A stretch of 64,000 bases of DNA from a virus. The stretch lies in IMG/VR virus record IMGVR_UViG_3300032087_005129, one strand, 5' to 3'. Shown piece by piece: positions 53,930 through 63,387 of this stretch (positions within the stretch are counted from its first letter, which is position 1; each line of letters opens with the position of its first letter). Both the position numbers and the translations under genes were made by a program. The notes beneath the pieces are model-generated. The model was not told where the DNA came from, ran no database searches, and worked only from the letters and a program-made list of their open reading frames with translations.

Positions 53930-55081
53930 ATGAGTGACTACACAGAAGAAGAATTTTTAGACGAGCAAATGATGGGCTTTCAATCAGGTCTACTTGGTCG
54001 ACCTGAAGAGGAAGAAGACGAAGATGATGACTCTTTTTCTAGCACTATGCCGGGAAAAAGACTTCTCTCTCCTTTTGACCCAGAAAGAAAACCAGACTTA
54101 AAGATTCGCGGTAAGGACGATGTTCCGCCATCAGCGAAACCTAAGTTTGGCCCCCCAACAGGTAAGCAAATGCCTGGTATGCCAAAGATGCCTGGTATGC
54201 CTCAAGTGCCTGGTATGCCAAAGATGCCTCAGATGCCTGGTATGCCTCAGATGCCTAAGATGCCTCAGCAAGGTCTTGTGCCGAAAAAAGATTTGCAGTT
54301 TCCTGTAAAGCCACCTGCCCCTCAGGCTGGTAAACCTGCTGGTATGCCTGATCTTGGTGCGTTGATGCAACAGATGATGCAAAAGAAACAACCGCAAGCG
54401 CCTCAACAACAAGCACCAATGGGTGGTCTTGGTGCTATGATGGGCGGTATGATGGGTCAGCAAGCACCGCAGCAGGCGCCCCAACAAGCACCCCAACAGC
54501 AGCAACAAGATCAGTTTGCTACAATTAAGAAGCCTGGTGATCCTGATCCAGAATTTGTTGGTGGTGACATTGATCAAATGGCAAACCCTGTTAGAGACTA
54601 TGATGCAAAACAAGGTCTTCCTCAATATGGTCAACAAAGTCAGAAGCCTTACAATCAACAAGAGATTCTTGATAAACTTGCCTTTGGTGGTCAATACGCA
54701 AAAGACGAAAATCTAGACTTCAAGCCAATGGGTGCTACGTTCAAAGTTTATGCGAATTCACCTCAGCAAAGAGATCAGATCGAGAAGTATGCTTTGAGAT
54801 TTGGTGAAACAGGATCAAAACCAAATATTTCTCTTGGTGGTATTGAAAACAAAGGTGGAAGAGAAACGTTTGTTATTGTAATCAATAGTAACAACGACTC
54901 TGTGTATCGTGAGTTAAATCGATACCTTCAGTCAATTGGTGTTGAGTTTGAAGAACAACAACTTCTTCCTGGTCAACTTGAAGATCAAGAAACTAAGCAG
55001 AAGAAAGAAATGGAAAAACAACAAGGCGGCGGCGGAGGCGGCGGTCTTGGTGCATTAGGAGCCCTCTTGGGGGGTATGTAA
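53930..55081 (+). CDS. Low-complexity Met/Pro/Gln/Gly protein
   Basis: MPG/MPK/MPQ tripeptide repeats; AATAAATA at 53903..53910. Confidence 0.8.
   Translation: MSDYTEEEFLDEQMMGFQSGLLGRPEEEEDEDDDSFSSTMPGKRLLSPFDPERKPDLKIRGKDDVPPSAKPKFGPPTGKQMPGMPKMPGMPQVPGMPKMPQMPGMPQMPKMPQQGLVPKKDLQFPVKPPAPQAGKPAGMPDLGALMQQMMQKKQPQAPQQQAPMGGLGAMMGGMMGQQAPQQAPQQAPQQQQQDQFATIKKPGDPDPEFVGGDIDQMANPVRDYDAKQGLPQYGQQSQKPYNQQEILDKLAFGGQYAKDENLDFKPMGATFKVYANSPQQRDQIEKYALRFGETGSKPNISLGGIENKGGRETFVIVINSNNDSVYRELNRYLQSIGVEFEEQQLLPGQLEDQETKQKKEMEKQQGGGGGGGLGALGALLGGM
54169..54270 (+). repeat. 9-bp tandem repeats coding MP(G/K/Q)
   Basis: ATGCCTGGT/ATGCCAAAG/ATGCCTCAG units. Confidence 0.85.
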
Positions 55082-55229
55082 GGAGAAACATATGGAATTT
55101 TTAACAACTACCTACGGTATTGTCGCTCACACAGTAATTGTTTTTGTTGCTGGTACACTTATCGGTAAGCCATTGTGGGAATGGGTTCGTAAATTCTTCC
55201 CATGGAATAAGTGAGTTAGAAACTAAATT

Positions 55230-56681
55230 ATGAAAGTTATTGTTTTTTCTAGTCGTGCAAGTAATACCGAAGAGGGTGAAAACTCTGGTCTTATGCGAAC
55301 TGCCAAGAGAATTAAAGAGGAATCTAAAAAACTTGGTGTTTCGTGTCATGTTTTTTTCAAAGAAGATTTAAATTACGAAAAGAAAAACAATAAACATTTT
55401 GTAAAGAGTGAAGATAAAGCGGAAGAGATTTCTGTTGATGACACCATCATCATTGTGAGAGGTGCAACAAAAGAAGACTCATCCGCTTTGTCTATTTTAT
55501 CCTCTCTTGAAGACGAAGGGTTTTTCATTGTTAATACAAAAGAGTGTGTTGAAATATGCGAAGACAAATATCGAACACATCTTCGTCTTAGTCAAGAAAA
55601 AATACCATCACCAAAAACAGTTGCTTTACCAAAACCAATTTTTGATGAAGAAGATGATCCTAGAAAAATAGAGAATATTAAAAACTACACTGTTCAGGTA
55701 GGGTCAAAGTATCCAATGATTCTAAAAACATCAACAGGATCAAAAGGCAGTGGTGTGATGATTATTGAATCAGAAAACTCTCTTGTTTCTGTTGTTCAAA
55801 CAATACACAAAGTTGATCGAGAAGCAAATCTTTTGCTTCAAGAGTACATACCATACAAAAAAGATATGCGTGTGATTGTTCTTGGCAACGAAGTAGTCGC
55901 TGCAATGGAAAGAAAAAGTGTTGATGGCGACTTCAGAAGCAATTATTCACTCGGCGGCAAAGCAAAGTCTGTCAACATAGATGATAATCAAAAACAACTT
56001 GCCATTGATGCCGCATCGGCAGTTGAGGGTGTGTTCGTTGGTGTTGACATTCTTGAGTCTAATGGCAGAAATTATGTCATTGAAGTAAACGCTTCGCCTG
56101 GAACTGAGGGTATTGAAACTGCGACTAAAAAGAACGTGACAAAAGAGTTTCTTGAGTATTGTCTAAACAAGACAAACTGGACAAACAAAGAGACAAACAA
56201 TGTAAAACTTGACGGTGAAAGCATAGACGAAATGTATGAAAACTATGTGTATGACACGAGTTCGATGTATTTTAATAAAAGTCTGTTGGTTCGAAAAGTA
56301 GAAAATTCTAGAGTAAACGAGTCTAAGAAAATAGATCGTCTTTTAAAACTCGAAAAGCAAGGTGATTTGTTTGCTCGTTTGTGCATCGAAGAAGCGAAAA
56401 ATCGTCAAAGAAAAGAAGAATCTGAGAAGTGGCTTAATAAAACGTTTGAAGAAAACTTTAAGCAGAAAGAAAATACTTCCAAAGTAAATACCAAACGGGA
56501 TAAATACATACAAGCCTTTGGTGAGAATTGGCAAAAAGTTTATTATGCTGAAGCATGGAGAAAGTATAACGAAGAGTATGATGAAAGCGATTTAGAAGGC
56601 ACTGATGCTTCTGTGATCAAAAGGAAATCACAAACACCTGGTGAACCTTTGTATGATTTGGTCAGAAAAAGAAATGTATAA
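55230..56681 (+). CDS. RimK-family ATP-grasp ligase with C-terminal extension
   Basis: DKY, P.ILK...GSKG.GV, LLQEYI, DFRSNYSLGG, GVDIL, IEVNASPG. Confidence 0.85.
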   Translation: MKVIVFSSRASNTEEGENSGLMRTAKRIKEESKKLGVSCHVFFKEDLNYEKKNNKHFVKSEDKAEEISVDDTIIIVRGATKEDSSALSILSSLEDEGFFIVNTKECVEICEDKYRTHLRLSQEKIPSPKTVALPKPIFDEEDDPRKIENIKNYTVQVGSKYPMILKTSTGSKGSGVMIIESENSLVSVVQTIHKVDREANLLLQEYIPYKKDMRVIVLGNEVVAAMERKSVDGDFRSNYSLGGKAKSVNIDDNQKQLAIDAASAVEGVFVGVDILESNGRNYVIEVNASPGTEGIETATKKNVTKEFLEYCLNKTNWTNKETNNVKLDGESIDEMYENYVYDTSSMYFNKSLLVRKVENSRVNESKKIDRLLKLEKQGDLFARLCIEEAKNRQRKEESEKWLNKTFEENFKQKENTSKVNTKRDKYIQAFGENWQKVYYAEAWRKYNEEYDESDLEGTDASVIKRKSQTPGEPLYDLVRKRNV

Positions 56682-56684
56682 ATA
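56677..56684 (+). promoter_or_regulatory. Late promoter TATAAATA
   Basis: Exact match. Confidence 0.75.
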
Positions 56685-56700
56685 AGACTGAGGTAAAAAT

Positions 56701-57255
56701 ATGTTCACAGAAAACGAACACGAAAAGTATAAAAACGTTTGCGAAGATGCATTCAAGATCTTAGAGGGTGCACCTGGTGTTCTTTCTGAGGAAGTTTTTG
56801 ACTACGCAATTTCAGTCGCAAAGGTGATTGCCGAAAGCAAATCTATCGAAGAGAAGACTGATCTCTCACGACACGCTCTTCGTAAAATAGAAGACGTTCA
56901 AGGCACACTCACAGAAGAAGAAAGAAAAGAATTCTTTAACGTTCTTCAAACAAATATTGAAGACGTATCAATGAAGCAAGTTGTCACAGAAAACTGGATC
57001 CGAAGAGGTATGTTGGTCACAAGCCCAACACAATTAGACGAAGGTGACTACTTGGTTCGTGTTGACTATGATGGAAACGAGTCAACGGTTATTATTGAAA
57101 GTGTTTACGACAGCAACCCAGGTCTTGGCTTCACATATCGTTTTGTGACAGAAGATCATACAACTGGTGAACAATTCTTTGCCGATGAGCAACAGGTTCG
57201 TGCAAGAGGCGAATGTGTTTTTTACGAAACTGTAGATCAAAACAAAAGAAACTAA
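56701..57255 (+). CDS. Hypothetical late protein
   Basis: GAGG RBS; several L/I-x-E sites. Confidence 0.7.
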   Translation: MFTENEHEKYKNVCEDAFKILEGAPGVLSEEVFDYAISVAKVIAESKSIEEKTDLSRHALRKIEDVQGTLTEEERKEFFNVLQTNIEDVSMKQVVTENWIRRGMLVTSPTQLDEGDYLVRVDYDGNESTVIIESVYDSNPGLGFTYRFVTEDHTTGEQFFADEQQVRARGECVFYETVDQNKRN

Positions 57256-57270
57256 CAAAGGAAAGATTCA

Positions 57271-58131
57271 ATGCCAAGTTGGAAAAACGACGATAAACTT
57301 AGTTCTGTGCCATCGTGGTTAACAGAAGAAGATAAAAGAAGATGTGTTAGAACAAATCGTGGCTGGGAAATGCCATTGCGTGGCGATGGTAGTACCGGCG
57401 GTTTTGAACTTATCGTGGCCATGGGTCAAAAGGGTGACCCTACAAGAGACACAGCAGGTTCATCTTCTGGTGATCAAGCAGACGCGCCATACTTTGTGTA
57501 TCCCGACTATATGGCTGGCTCTGGTGCCACTGCTACTGCAAGTGCTACTGCTGCTGGTGCAGCATTCACAGGCACCTTTGAAGATGTAAGATCTTCTACG
57601 GGTGGCTACACGCAAGGCTCTTTCTTCCCATTCGTTGCTGCATTCCCAGATCACGTTTTGAATGACGCTGGTCCTGGTCACTTCCAAAGTGCTGATGGTA
57701 GCGATACTTCAACGGTTCACTTAAGATACTTTGTTTCATTGACAGCAGGTGGTGGTGGCGACGGGCTTACTATCGGCTCACCCTCTGTTCAAGGTATTAC
57801 TGCTGCCACTGTTTCTGTTCTTCACCTTCGAGGTGGCACAGCAACACTTGGTGAAACATTCGGTGGCTCAGGCGACTTTAGCAGTGCTGGTGTAATCGGC
57901 ACAACAGGCCAAGGTGTGTTCCCTGGCGGTAGCACATTGAATGCTCTTGGTATTGTGTTACAACCAGCGGCTGGTACTATTCCGAAATCAGCAACGGGTA
58001 ATCCGTTTGTGTATATCGGTGTTGTTGCCTTCGAAGGCACAACAGGTGGCGTCGGTGGCTTGACATCTTATGCTCAAGACCTTGCAGGCGGCCTGAGTGC
58101 TTGGAAGGGTATCACGCTCGATAGAGAGTAA
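57271..58131 (+). CDS. Gly/Thr-rich putative virion structural protein
   Basis: Composition; position in a late operon. Confidence 0.6.
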   Translation: MPSWKNDDKLSSVPSWLTEEDKRRCVRTNRGWEMPLRGDGSTGGFELIVAMGQKGDPTRDTAGSSSGDQADAPYFVYPDYMAGSGATATASATAAGAAFTGTFEDVRSSTGGYTQGSFFPFVAAFPDHVLNDAGPGHFQSADGSDTSTVHLRYFVSLTAGGGGDGLTIGSPSVQGITAATVSVLHLRGGTATLGETFGGSGDFSSAGVIGTTGQGVFPGGSTLNALGIVLQPAAGTIPKSATGNPFVYIGVVAFEGTTGGVGGLTSYAQDLAGGLSAWKGITLDRE

Positions 58132-58151
58132 AATTTAAGTAAGGAAAAGAT

Positions 58152-58586
58152 ATGATCAGTTATGATAAACTTCGTTCCAGATTGATCGGAACAGTTTTGC
58201 GTGAAACATACGGTATCTCGCCTAGACCTACCAGTGTCACACATGACATAACCGATGAATCCCAACTTCAAACGTTAAACTCTTTTTTAGCGAATGTATC
58301 AAATAAAAATTATTCAAATCCACTGAACGCTCTTTCTGAAATTAGAATGAGGCTTCATACTCTTGGTTACAACTTTGACTACGAGAATGAAATGCCTAAT
58401 GAATCAGAAGAGTATGAATTAAATCGATTTGGTGGTCGTTATGGTTTTCTTGATGACTCTGGTGATGTGACAAGTGATAATGGTTTTGATGTGACTGGCT
58501 TTATTCTTCGTGTAAACTTTGAAAAAGATTTAGTTTCTCATATGTTCATTGTTTCACCAGAGGTAGTACCAGCAGATGACGAATGA
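58152..58586 (+). CDS. Conserved T4-like hypothetical protein
   Basis: RFGGRYG motif; operon context. Confidence 0.65.
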   Translation: MISYDKLRSRLIGTVLRETYGISPRPTSVTHDITDESQLQTLNSFLANVSNKNYSNPLNALSEIRMRLHTLGYNFDYENEMPNESEEYELNRFGGRYGFLDDSGDVTSDNGFDVTGFILRVNFEKDLVSHMFIVSPEVVPADDE

Positions 58587-58969
58587 AGTTCAAAGTTTTG
58601 ACAGAAGAAAACTTCATTCTATTCGCAATGAAACACTACGACAATCCATCGTGTGAAGACGCAGACGAGTTTTACTCAGATCTCAATCGAATCAAATACA
58701 TCAAAAGACTTATTCGTAAGTATCTAAATGGTGAAGAACTCAAAGAGAGACTTCTTCTCAATCATTTGATTATTTTCTTCAACGTCTTTGGCATTCAATC
58801 TGCAAAAAGAATGATATTTTTTCGCTTTGAAGAAGAGTATCACTCAATACTAAAAACTTTTTTAGTCTATCTAAACTACATCAAAGATAATGAAACAATC
58901 GACAACATTGAGTTAGTCCGAATACCTATAAATACCACTGTTGCAAATGTTCTTCGGGAGATCAAATGA
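58583..58969 (+). CDS. Conserved T4-like hypothetical protein
   Basis: LTEENF..FAMKHYDNP.C...EF..DL.RIKYIKRL...ERLLLNH. Confidence 0.75.
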   Translation: MKFKVLTEENFILFAMKHYDNPSCEDADEFYSDLNRIKYIKRLIRKYLNGEELKERLLLNHLIIFFNVFGIQSAKRMIFFRFEEEYHSILKTFLVYLNYIKDNETIDNIELVRIPINTTVANVLREIK

Positions 58970-59703
58970 GCGTTGTAGATACTGTTGTCGCATACAAGTT
59001 TATCAAGATTCTCTCCACACCGTGGAAGAAGACTGACGCTTATAAACTTGGCATCATTGATGATAAAGGCACAGTTCTCAAGAAACGAAAAGATCTAAAA
59101 ACATCAAACGAGAAGAAGGCTTACACAATCTTTCATACTCTTTGTTGGAACATCAAGCGACTACTCGACAAATTGCCTCCAACAAGAACAAGACTCGGCT
59201 CTTTTGCAACTGCTTTATGGATGCTAAAAGAGTATCTTGATCTTTCAAGGCTTGATAGTCAAAAACTTTTTGAAACATCAGAAGATTACTTTAAAGCCAA
59301 GGGGCTTGACATTCGCATGAATCTTCTTGAAGGTGCCAAAAAGAAAAGAAAATTAAACAAAGGTAAATACGTTCTCAAAGCAGATGTCACTGAGGATGTG
59401 TTTATTGGCGATACAGTGATACTTGAAAACGATTCTTTTCCGATTGCTGAGATTATGAATGTGCCATTGTATCAAATGATACATGAGAAAACAAAAAGAA
59501 AAGTCGTTGTGAGTGGTTATGAAATCAAGGAGCAGCCAGCCAACAACATTGGTGGTGGCAATATTGCTGGTGCAGGCTATGGTGGACCAGACGATAAGGT
59601 TGCAGTTGATATGTCTGGTATTACTGGAAGTATAAATAGAAGAGAACGTAATCGCCAGTCTATGCAAAGTTTGACTGGTATAAACTATCCAAGAGGATCA
59701 TAA
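58966..59703 (+). CDS. Conserved T4-like hypothetical protein
   Basis: YKFIKIL.TPW..TDAYKLGIID. Confidence 0.75.
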   Translation: MSVVDTVVAYKFIKILSTPWKKTDAYKLGIIDDKGTVLKKRKDLKTSNEKKAYTIFHTLCWNIKRLLDKLPPTRTRLGSFATALWMLKEYLDLSRLDSQKLFETSEDYFKAKGLDIRMNLLEGAKKKRKLNKGKYVLKADVTEDVFIGDTVILENDSFPIAEIMNVPLYQMIHEKTKRKVVVSGYEIKEQPANNIGGGNIAGAGYGGPDDKVAVDMSGITGSINRRERNRQSMQSLTGINYPRGS

Positions 59704-59704
59704 A

Positions 59705-60430
59705 ATGGGATTAAACTACAGACAACAAAGAAGTCTAGCCGAATCAGTTGATCATGTTCTAGACCCACAAACAAACGAAGTTCACCTAAGTGAAGATTAT
59801 AGAAACATTCGTGAAAAAGCATCTACTCGTGTTGGTTACCAAATCAAGGCCGCTGGTGATGCTAACATGGATCTTCCAGATGATGTTATTGATTATGTTA
59901 TTAACAACATCGCAATGACGGAAGAGGTTATGTCTATTGAGGAAGCGTATGATACAGCGATGAGACAATTGACCGAAAAACCGTTTGGTTTTGGTAGTAG
60001 ACCTAGCCGAGGAGGAGGTTTTGGTATTCCTCCTGGTGGTGGTGGTCAAGAAGTAGATCCTGACGTTTCTCCCGGTGCTGCTGAACCAAAAAAGAAAAAA
60101 TACAAACAAGATCCTCAATTTATTAGTGATCTTAAAAAATTGATTAAAAAAGGTTGGAAAAAAATTAGAGATATCGGTGAGGATATCATAGACTTTATCC
60201 TAAAAACAGGAAAAAGTATTGATGATTGGCTAAACGAAAACATTATTGATCCTATTCTTTCTGTGTTCTTTGAAGATTTGCCTGCTGATCCTGAAAAGCA
60301 AAGAGTCATGCGAACAGTTCTGAAAATTGCTTTGTCTTATCTCATAGGCAAATGGATTCGAGGCGGAGGCGGCGGCGGCGGTACACCGACACCACCCCCA
60401 CCGATCAATCCACCTTTCGGAGGCGGATAA
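59705..60430 (+). CDS. Hypothetical late protein with Gly/Pro-rich segments
   Basis: GAGGA RBS; SLAE, HLSE and QLTE sites. Confidence 0.7.
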   Translation: MGLNYRQQRSLAESVDHVLDPQTNEVHLSEDYRNIREKASTRVGYQIKAAGDANMDLPDDVIDYVINNIAMTEEVMSIEEAYDTAMRQLTEKPFGFGSRPSRGGGFGIPPGGGGQEVDPDVSPGAAEPKKKKYKQDPQFISDLKKLIKKGWKKIRDIGEDIIDFILKTGKSIDDWLNENIIDPILSVFFEDLPADPEKQRVMRTVLKIALSYLIGKWIRGGGGGGGTPTPPPPINPPFGGG

Positions 60431-60436
60431 TTAAAA

Positions 60437-60676
60437 ATGGTATCTAAAAATCTTAGATATCTTTCAACAGTAAATAGTTTTGAAAATCCAACACAGGATC
60501 TTTCGGTTCTATTTTTTGATACACAAACACAAGAGTCGTTCGTAGAGGGTGACCTTACCGAAGATGAGATCGGTGAGGTCATTCTCAATGAAAGAAAATT
60601 GTTTCGTGGAAAATACAAACAACTACCAATAGGAAAACCAGATACGGCGAATACTTTTTATATTGAAAGAAAATAA
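60437..60676 (+). CDS. Hypothetical protein
   Basis: 79-aa ORF in operon. Confidence 0.55.
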   Translation: MVSKNLRYLSTVNSFENPTQDLSVLFFDTQTQESFVEGDLTEDEIGEVILNERKLFRGKYKQLPIGKPDTANTFYIERK

Positions 60677-60700
60677 TCTGGTAATAGAGAGGTATTCGAT

Positions 60701-61150
60701 ATGCTTACAGCATTTTTAAATCCTGAGATGTTGTCCCTACTTACGGGCAGTGTCACAGGATTTATCTTTAAGAGTCTGGCAGAAAAAAGACAGCAAGAGC
60801 AAGATCGCTTTATGCGTTTGCTTGAAGCACAAAAAGCAAGTGATGATAGTGCCGACAAGGCAGCCGCAAGAGTTAGTATTTCTGCGGGTAAATGGGTAAG
60901 AAGATTGATCGTTATCTGCATTCTTTTCGCTACTATCGTAGCCCCTTTTATTATAGCGTTTTCAGATGGTATCACCACTGTTGTTGAACATACCGAAACA
61001 GTCTATGATTGGTGGGATCTGTTCAAAATGTTCCCGCATGAAACAACACTCTACACCGAAGTGGATGGTTTCTTATTTACACCAGAGAATAGAAACATCC
61101 TAGTAACAATCGTAGGATTTTATTTCGGCCAAGCAGTAAAAGGCAAATAA
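60701..61150 (+). CDS. Multi-TM protein, holin-like
   Basis: Three hydrophobic segments; C-terminal IVGFYFG. Confidence 0.6.
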   Translation: MLTAFLNPEMLSLLTGSVTGFIFKSLAEKRQQEQDRFMRLLEAQKASDDSADKAAARVSISAGKWVRRLIVICILFATIVAPFIIAFSDGITTVVEHTETVYDWWDLFKMFPHETTLYTEVDGFLFTPENRNILVTIVGFYFGQAVKGK

Positions 61151-61176
61151 ATACTTTTGTGAAAAGGAGTTATATT

Positions 61177-61389
61177 ATGAAAAATGTTTGTTTGTCTTTA
61201 ATCGCTTTGATGTGTTTCGGGTGTAGTTCGACACAAAAAAGTCCATTCATTTCAGTTAACGATGTGACTGATGAAACACCCGCAGATCAACTGGTGAGAG
61301 ATGAAGATGGTCTTGGTGCTGGTGATGCTTTTGGTTGGCTAACTTTACAGGACATGGAGAAAAAAAAACTTCTGGATTACTTCAAGTAA
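61177..61389 (+). CDS. Small lipoprotein
   Basis: AAGGAG RBS; lipobox CFGC. Confidence 0.6.
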   Translation: MKNVCLSLIALMCFGCSSTQKSPFISVNDVTDETPADQLVRDEDGLGAGDAFGWLTLQDMEKKKLLDYFK

Positions 61390-61611
61390 ATTCAGAACAA
61401 CAGAATGAGAATGAGCAGGTCAGATATAATTGGCCTGCTATTTTTTTGTATGCTGCTCTTTGCATAGTTTGTGCGTACACAGTTATTCGTGAGTTCATAG
61501 AGCCAATGTATAAACGCCGAACTATGTATGAACAAAACCAACAAAAAACCAAAAAATAAGAATTTTGTTTCCTAACTCCAAAACCATAATAAAAACCAAC
61601 TTAAAATAGAT

Positions 61612-61639
61612 TTGACAAGACTCTTCTAATTGCTATACT
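61612..61639 (+). promoter_or_regulatory. Early promoter TTGACA-N16-TATACT for primase
   Basis: Sequence match 6 nt before ATG. Confidence 0.75.
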
Positions 61640-61645
61640 TCTCTC

Positions 61646-62629
61646 ATGTCTATCTTTACTGACAAAAACTATATCAATCGTTTGTCACCTAACTTGCAAC
61701 TGTTCTCATGGAAAAAAGACGATCTAGCAAACTGTAGGTGTCCTGTCTGTGGTGACTCTAGCAAAAACAAAAGAAAAGCAAGAGGTTACTTCTATCGAAA
61801 AGCAAACAACATGTACTACAAGTGCCACAACTGCGATTTCGGTTGTTCGCTTGGCAACATGATTAAACGTCTTTCGCCTTCTCTGTTCAAAGAGTATCGT
61901 CTTGAAAACTACAGAGCGGGTGAAGTGAACAAGCCAAATGTTTCGAAGCCAGAGTTCAAGTTTGAGCCTGTGAAACTTAGAAAGAAGATAGGGGTTCCGA
62001 TACAAGACTCCCTTCTTTCAGTTTCGTTTCTTCAAGCAAGAAGAATCCCAGAGAATCTATACTCAAAGTTTCGTTTTTCTGAGTGCTTTATTGATGATGT
62101 GAAGAAGGTCAATACTGATATTTCTGTTGGCTCAGAGAGTCGTATTTTAATTCCTGTTTATGATGAAAAGAAAAATTTGATTGGCGTTCAAGGCAGAGCG
62201 ATGAATGGTGAAAAGCCAAAGTACATCACAATCAAAACAGATGGTTATCAAGATCAATTGATCTATGGCTTAGATTCTGTAAACGATCAGAAGACGGTCT
62301 GTGTGTTTGAGGGTCCGATTGACTCTATGTTCATACCCAATTCTGTTGCTGTTCTAGGAGCGAATCTAAAGGGGGTAGTAGAGAAATTTAGTGACTGTGT
62401 GTTCTGTTTTGACAATGAACCAAGAAACAAACAAATCGTGAGTAAGATGCAAGAAGCGATTGATCTTGGCGAAAAAGTTTGTATCTGGCCAGAGAGTCTT
62501 AAGATAAAAGATATCAATGACATGATAGTGTCTGGAATGACTGTAGAAATGATTCAGAACATTATCGAGTTGAACACATTCAGCGGCAATGCTGCAAGAT
62601 TGAAATTTGTAAAGTGGAGAAAAGCATGA
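61646..62629 (+). CDS. gp61: DNA primase (T4 gp61)
   Basis: CRCPVCGDS..KARGY..CHNC zinc ribbon; EGPIDS, FDNEPRN, KDINDM. Confidence 0.95.
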   Translation: MSIFTDKNYINRLSPNLQLFSWKKDDLANCRCPVCGDSSKNKRKARGYFYRKANNMYYKCHNCDFGCSLGNMIKRLSPSLFKEYRLENYRAGEVNKPNVSKPEFKFEPVKLRKKIGVPIQDSLLSVSFLQARRIPENLYSKFRFSECFIDDVKKVNTDISVGSESRILIPVYDEKKNLIGVQGRAMNGEKPKYITIKTDGYQDQLIYGLDSVNDQKTVCVFEGPIDSMFIPNSVAVLGANLKGVVEKFSDCVFCFDNEPRNKQIVSKMQEAIDLGEKVCIWPESLKIKDINDMIVSGMTVEMIQNIIELNTFSGNAARLKFVKWRKA

Positions 62630-63354
62630 ATGTATTAGACAAAGGACATGTTGAATATGTCGATCACATGGGAAGTGACTTGATGGTTGTTAACGCAGCC
62701 AGAGTTTCGTTTAGCAGTGAGAGTGAATGGGGGCTTGACTACGATGCAATCGAACGTTTAAAAAGTTCACCATACAACAAAGATGATGTTCGAAAACTAA
62801 AAGAGAAAGATGAAAAACTAATTCGTTATCTTGCAAAGCACCAGCACTGGACTCCGTTTGCTCATCCGCAGATTACGCTAAGAATCAAAGCCCCTGTGTC
62901 GATTCGAACACAACTTTTTAAACACAAAGTTGGCTTCACAGAAAATGAAATCAGCAGACGATATGTTTCGTATGAACCTGAGTTTTACCACCCTGAGTGG
63001 AGAAGTAAACCAACAGATGGTGCGAAACAGGGCAGTGATGATTTTGTAACTGAGGAAGCCAAAACAAATTTATATGATGCTATTTACAGAGAGTCATGTG
63101 AAAAGGCTCTTCATGTTTATAACACATTGATCGAAAAGGGTATTGCACCTGAGCAAGCAAGATTTGTTTTGCCGCAGGGTATGTACACAGAATGGTACTG
63201 GACAGGATCACTTGCTGCGTATGCTCGTGTTGTTCGTCAAAGAGATGATTCTCACGCACAATGGGAAGTTCGTGAGTATGCAAAAGCAATCTCAAGTTCA
63301 ATTGAAAATCTTTTTCCTGTATCATGGAAATACCTTACTGCCAACAATAAATAA
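62626..63354 (+). CDS. thyX: Flavin-dependent thymidylate synthase
   Basis: VVNAARVSF, HWTPF, NEISRRY, PEQARFVLP, HAQWEVR. Confidence 0.93.
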   Translation: MNVLDKGHVEYVDHMGSDLMVVNAARVSFSSESEWGLDYDAIERLKSSPYNKDDVRKLKEKDEKLIRYLAKHQHWTPFAHPQITLRIKAPVSIRTQLFKHKVGFTENEISRRYVSYEPEFYHPEWRSKPTDGAKQGSDDFVTEEAKTNLYDAIYRESCEKALHVYNTLIEKGIAPEQARFVLPQGMYTEWYWTGSLAAYARVVRQRDDSHAQWEVREYAKAISSSIENLFPVSWKYLTANNK

Positions 63355-63387
63355 AATCACACAACCAAACAATGAAGGAAAAAATAA

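Noticed and set aside
54169-54270. Tandem repeats as a CRISPR array
   Set aside because: 9-bp in-frame coding units without unique spacers; no cas genes seen
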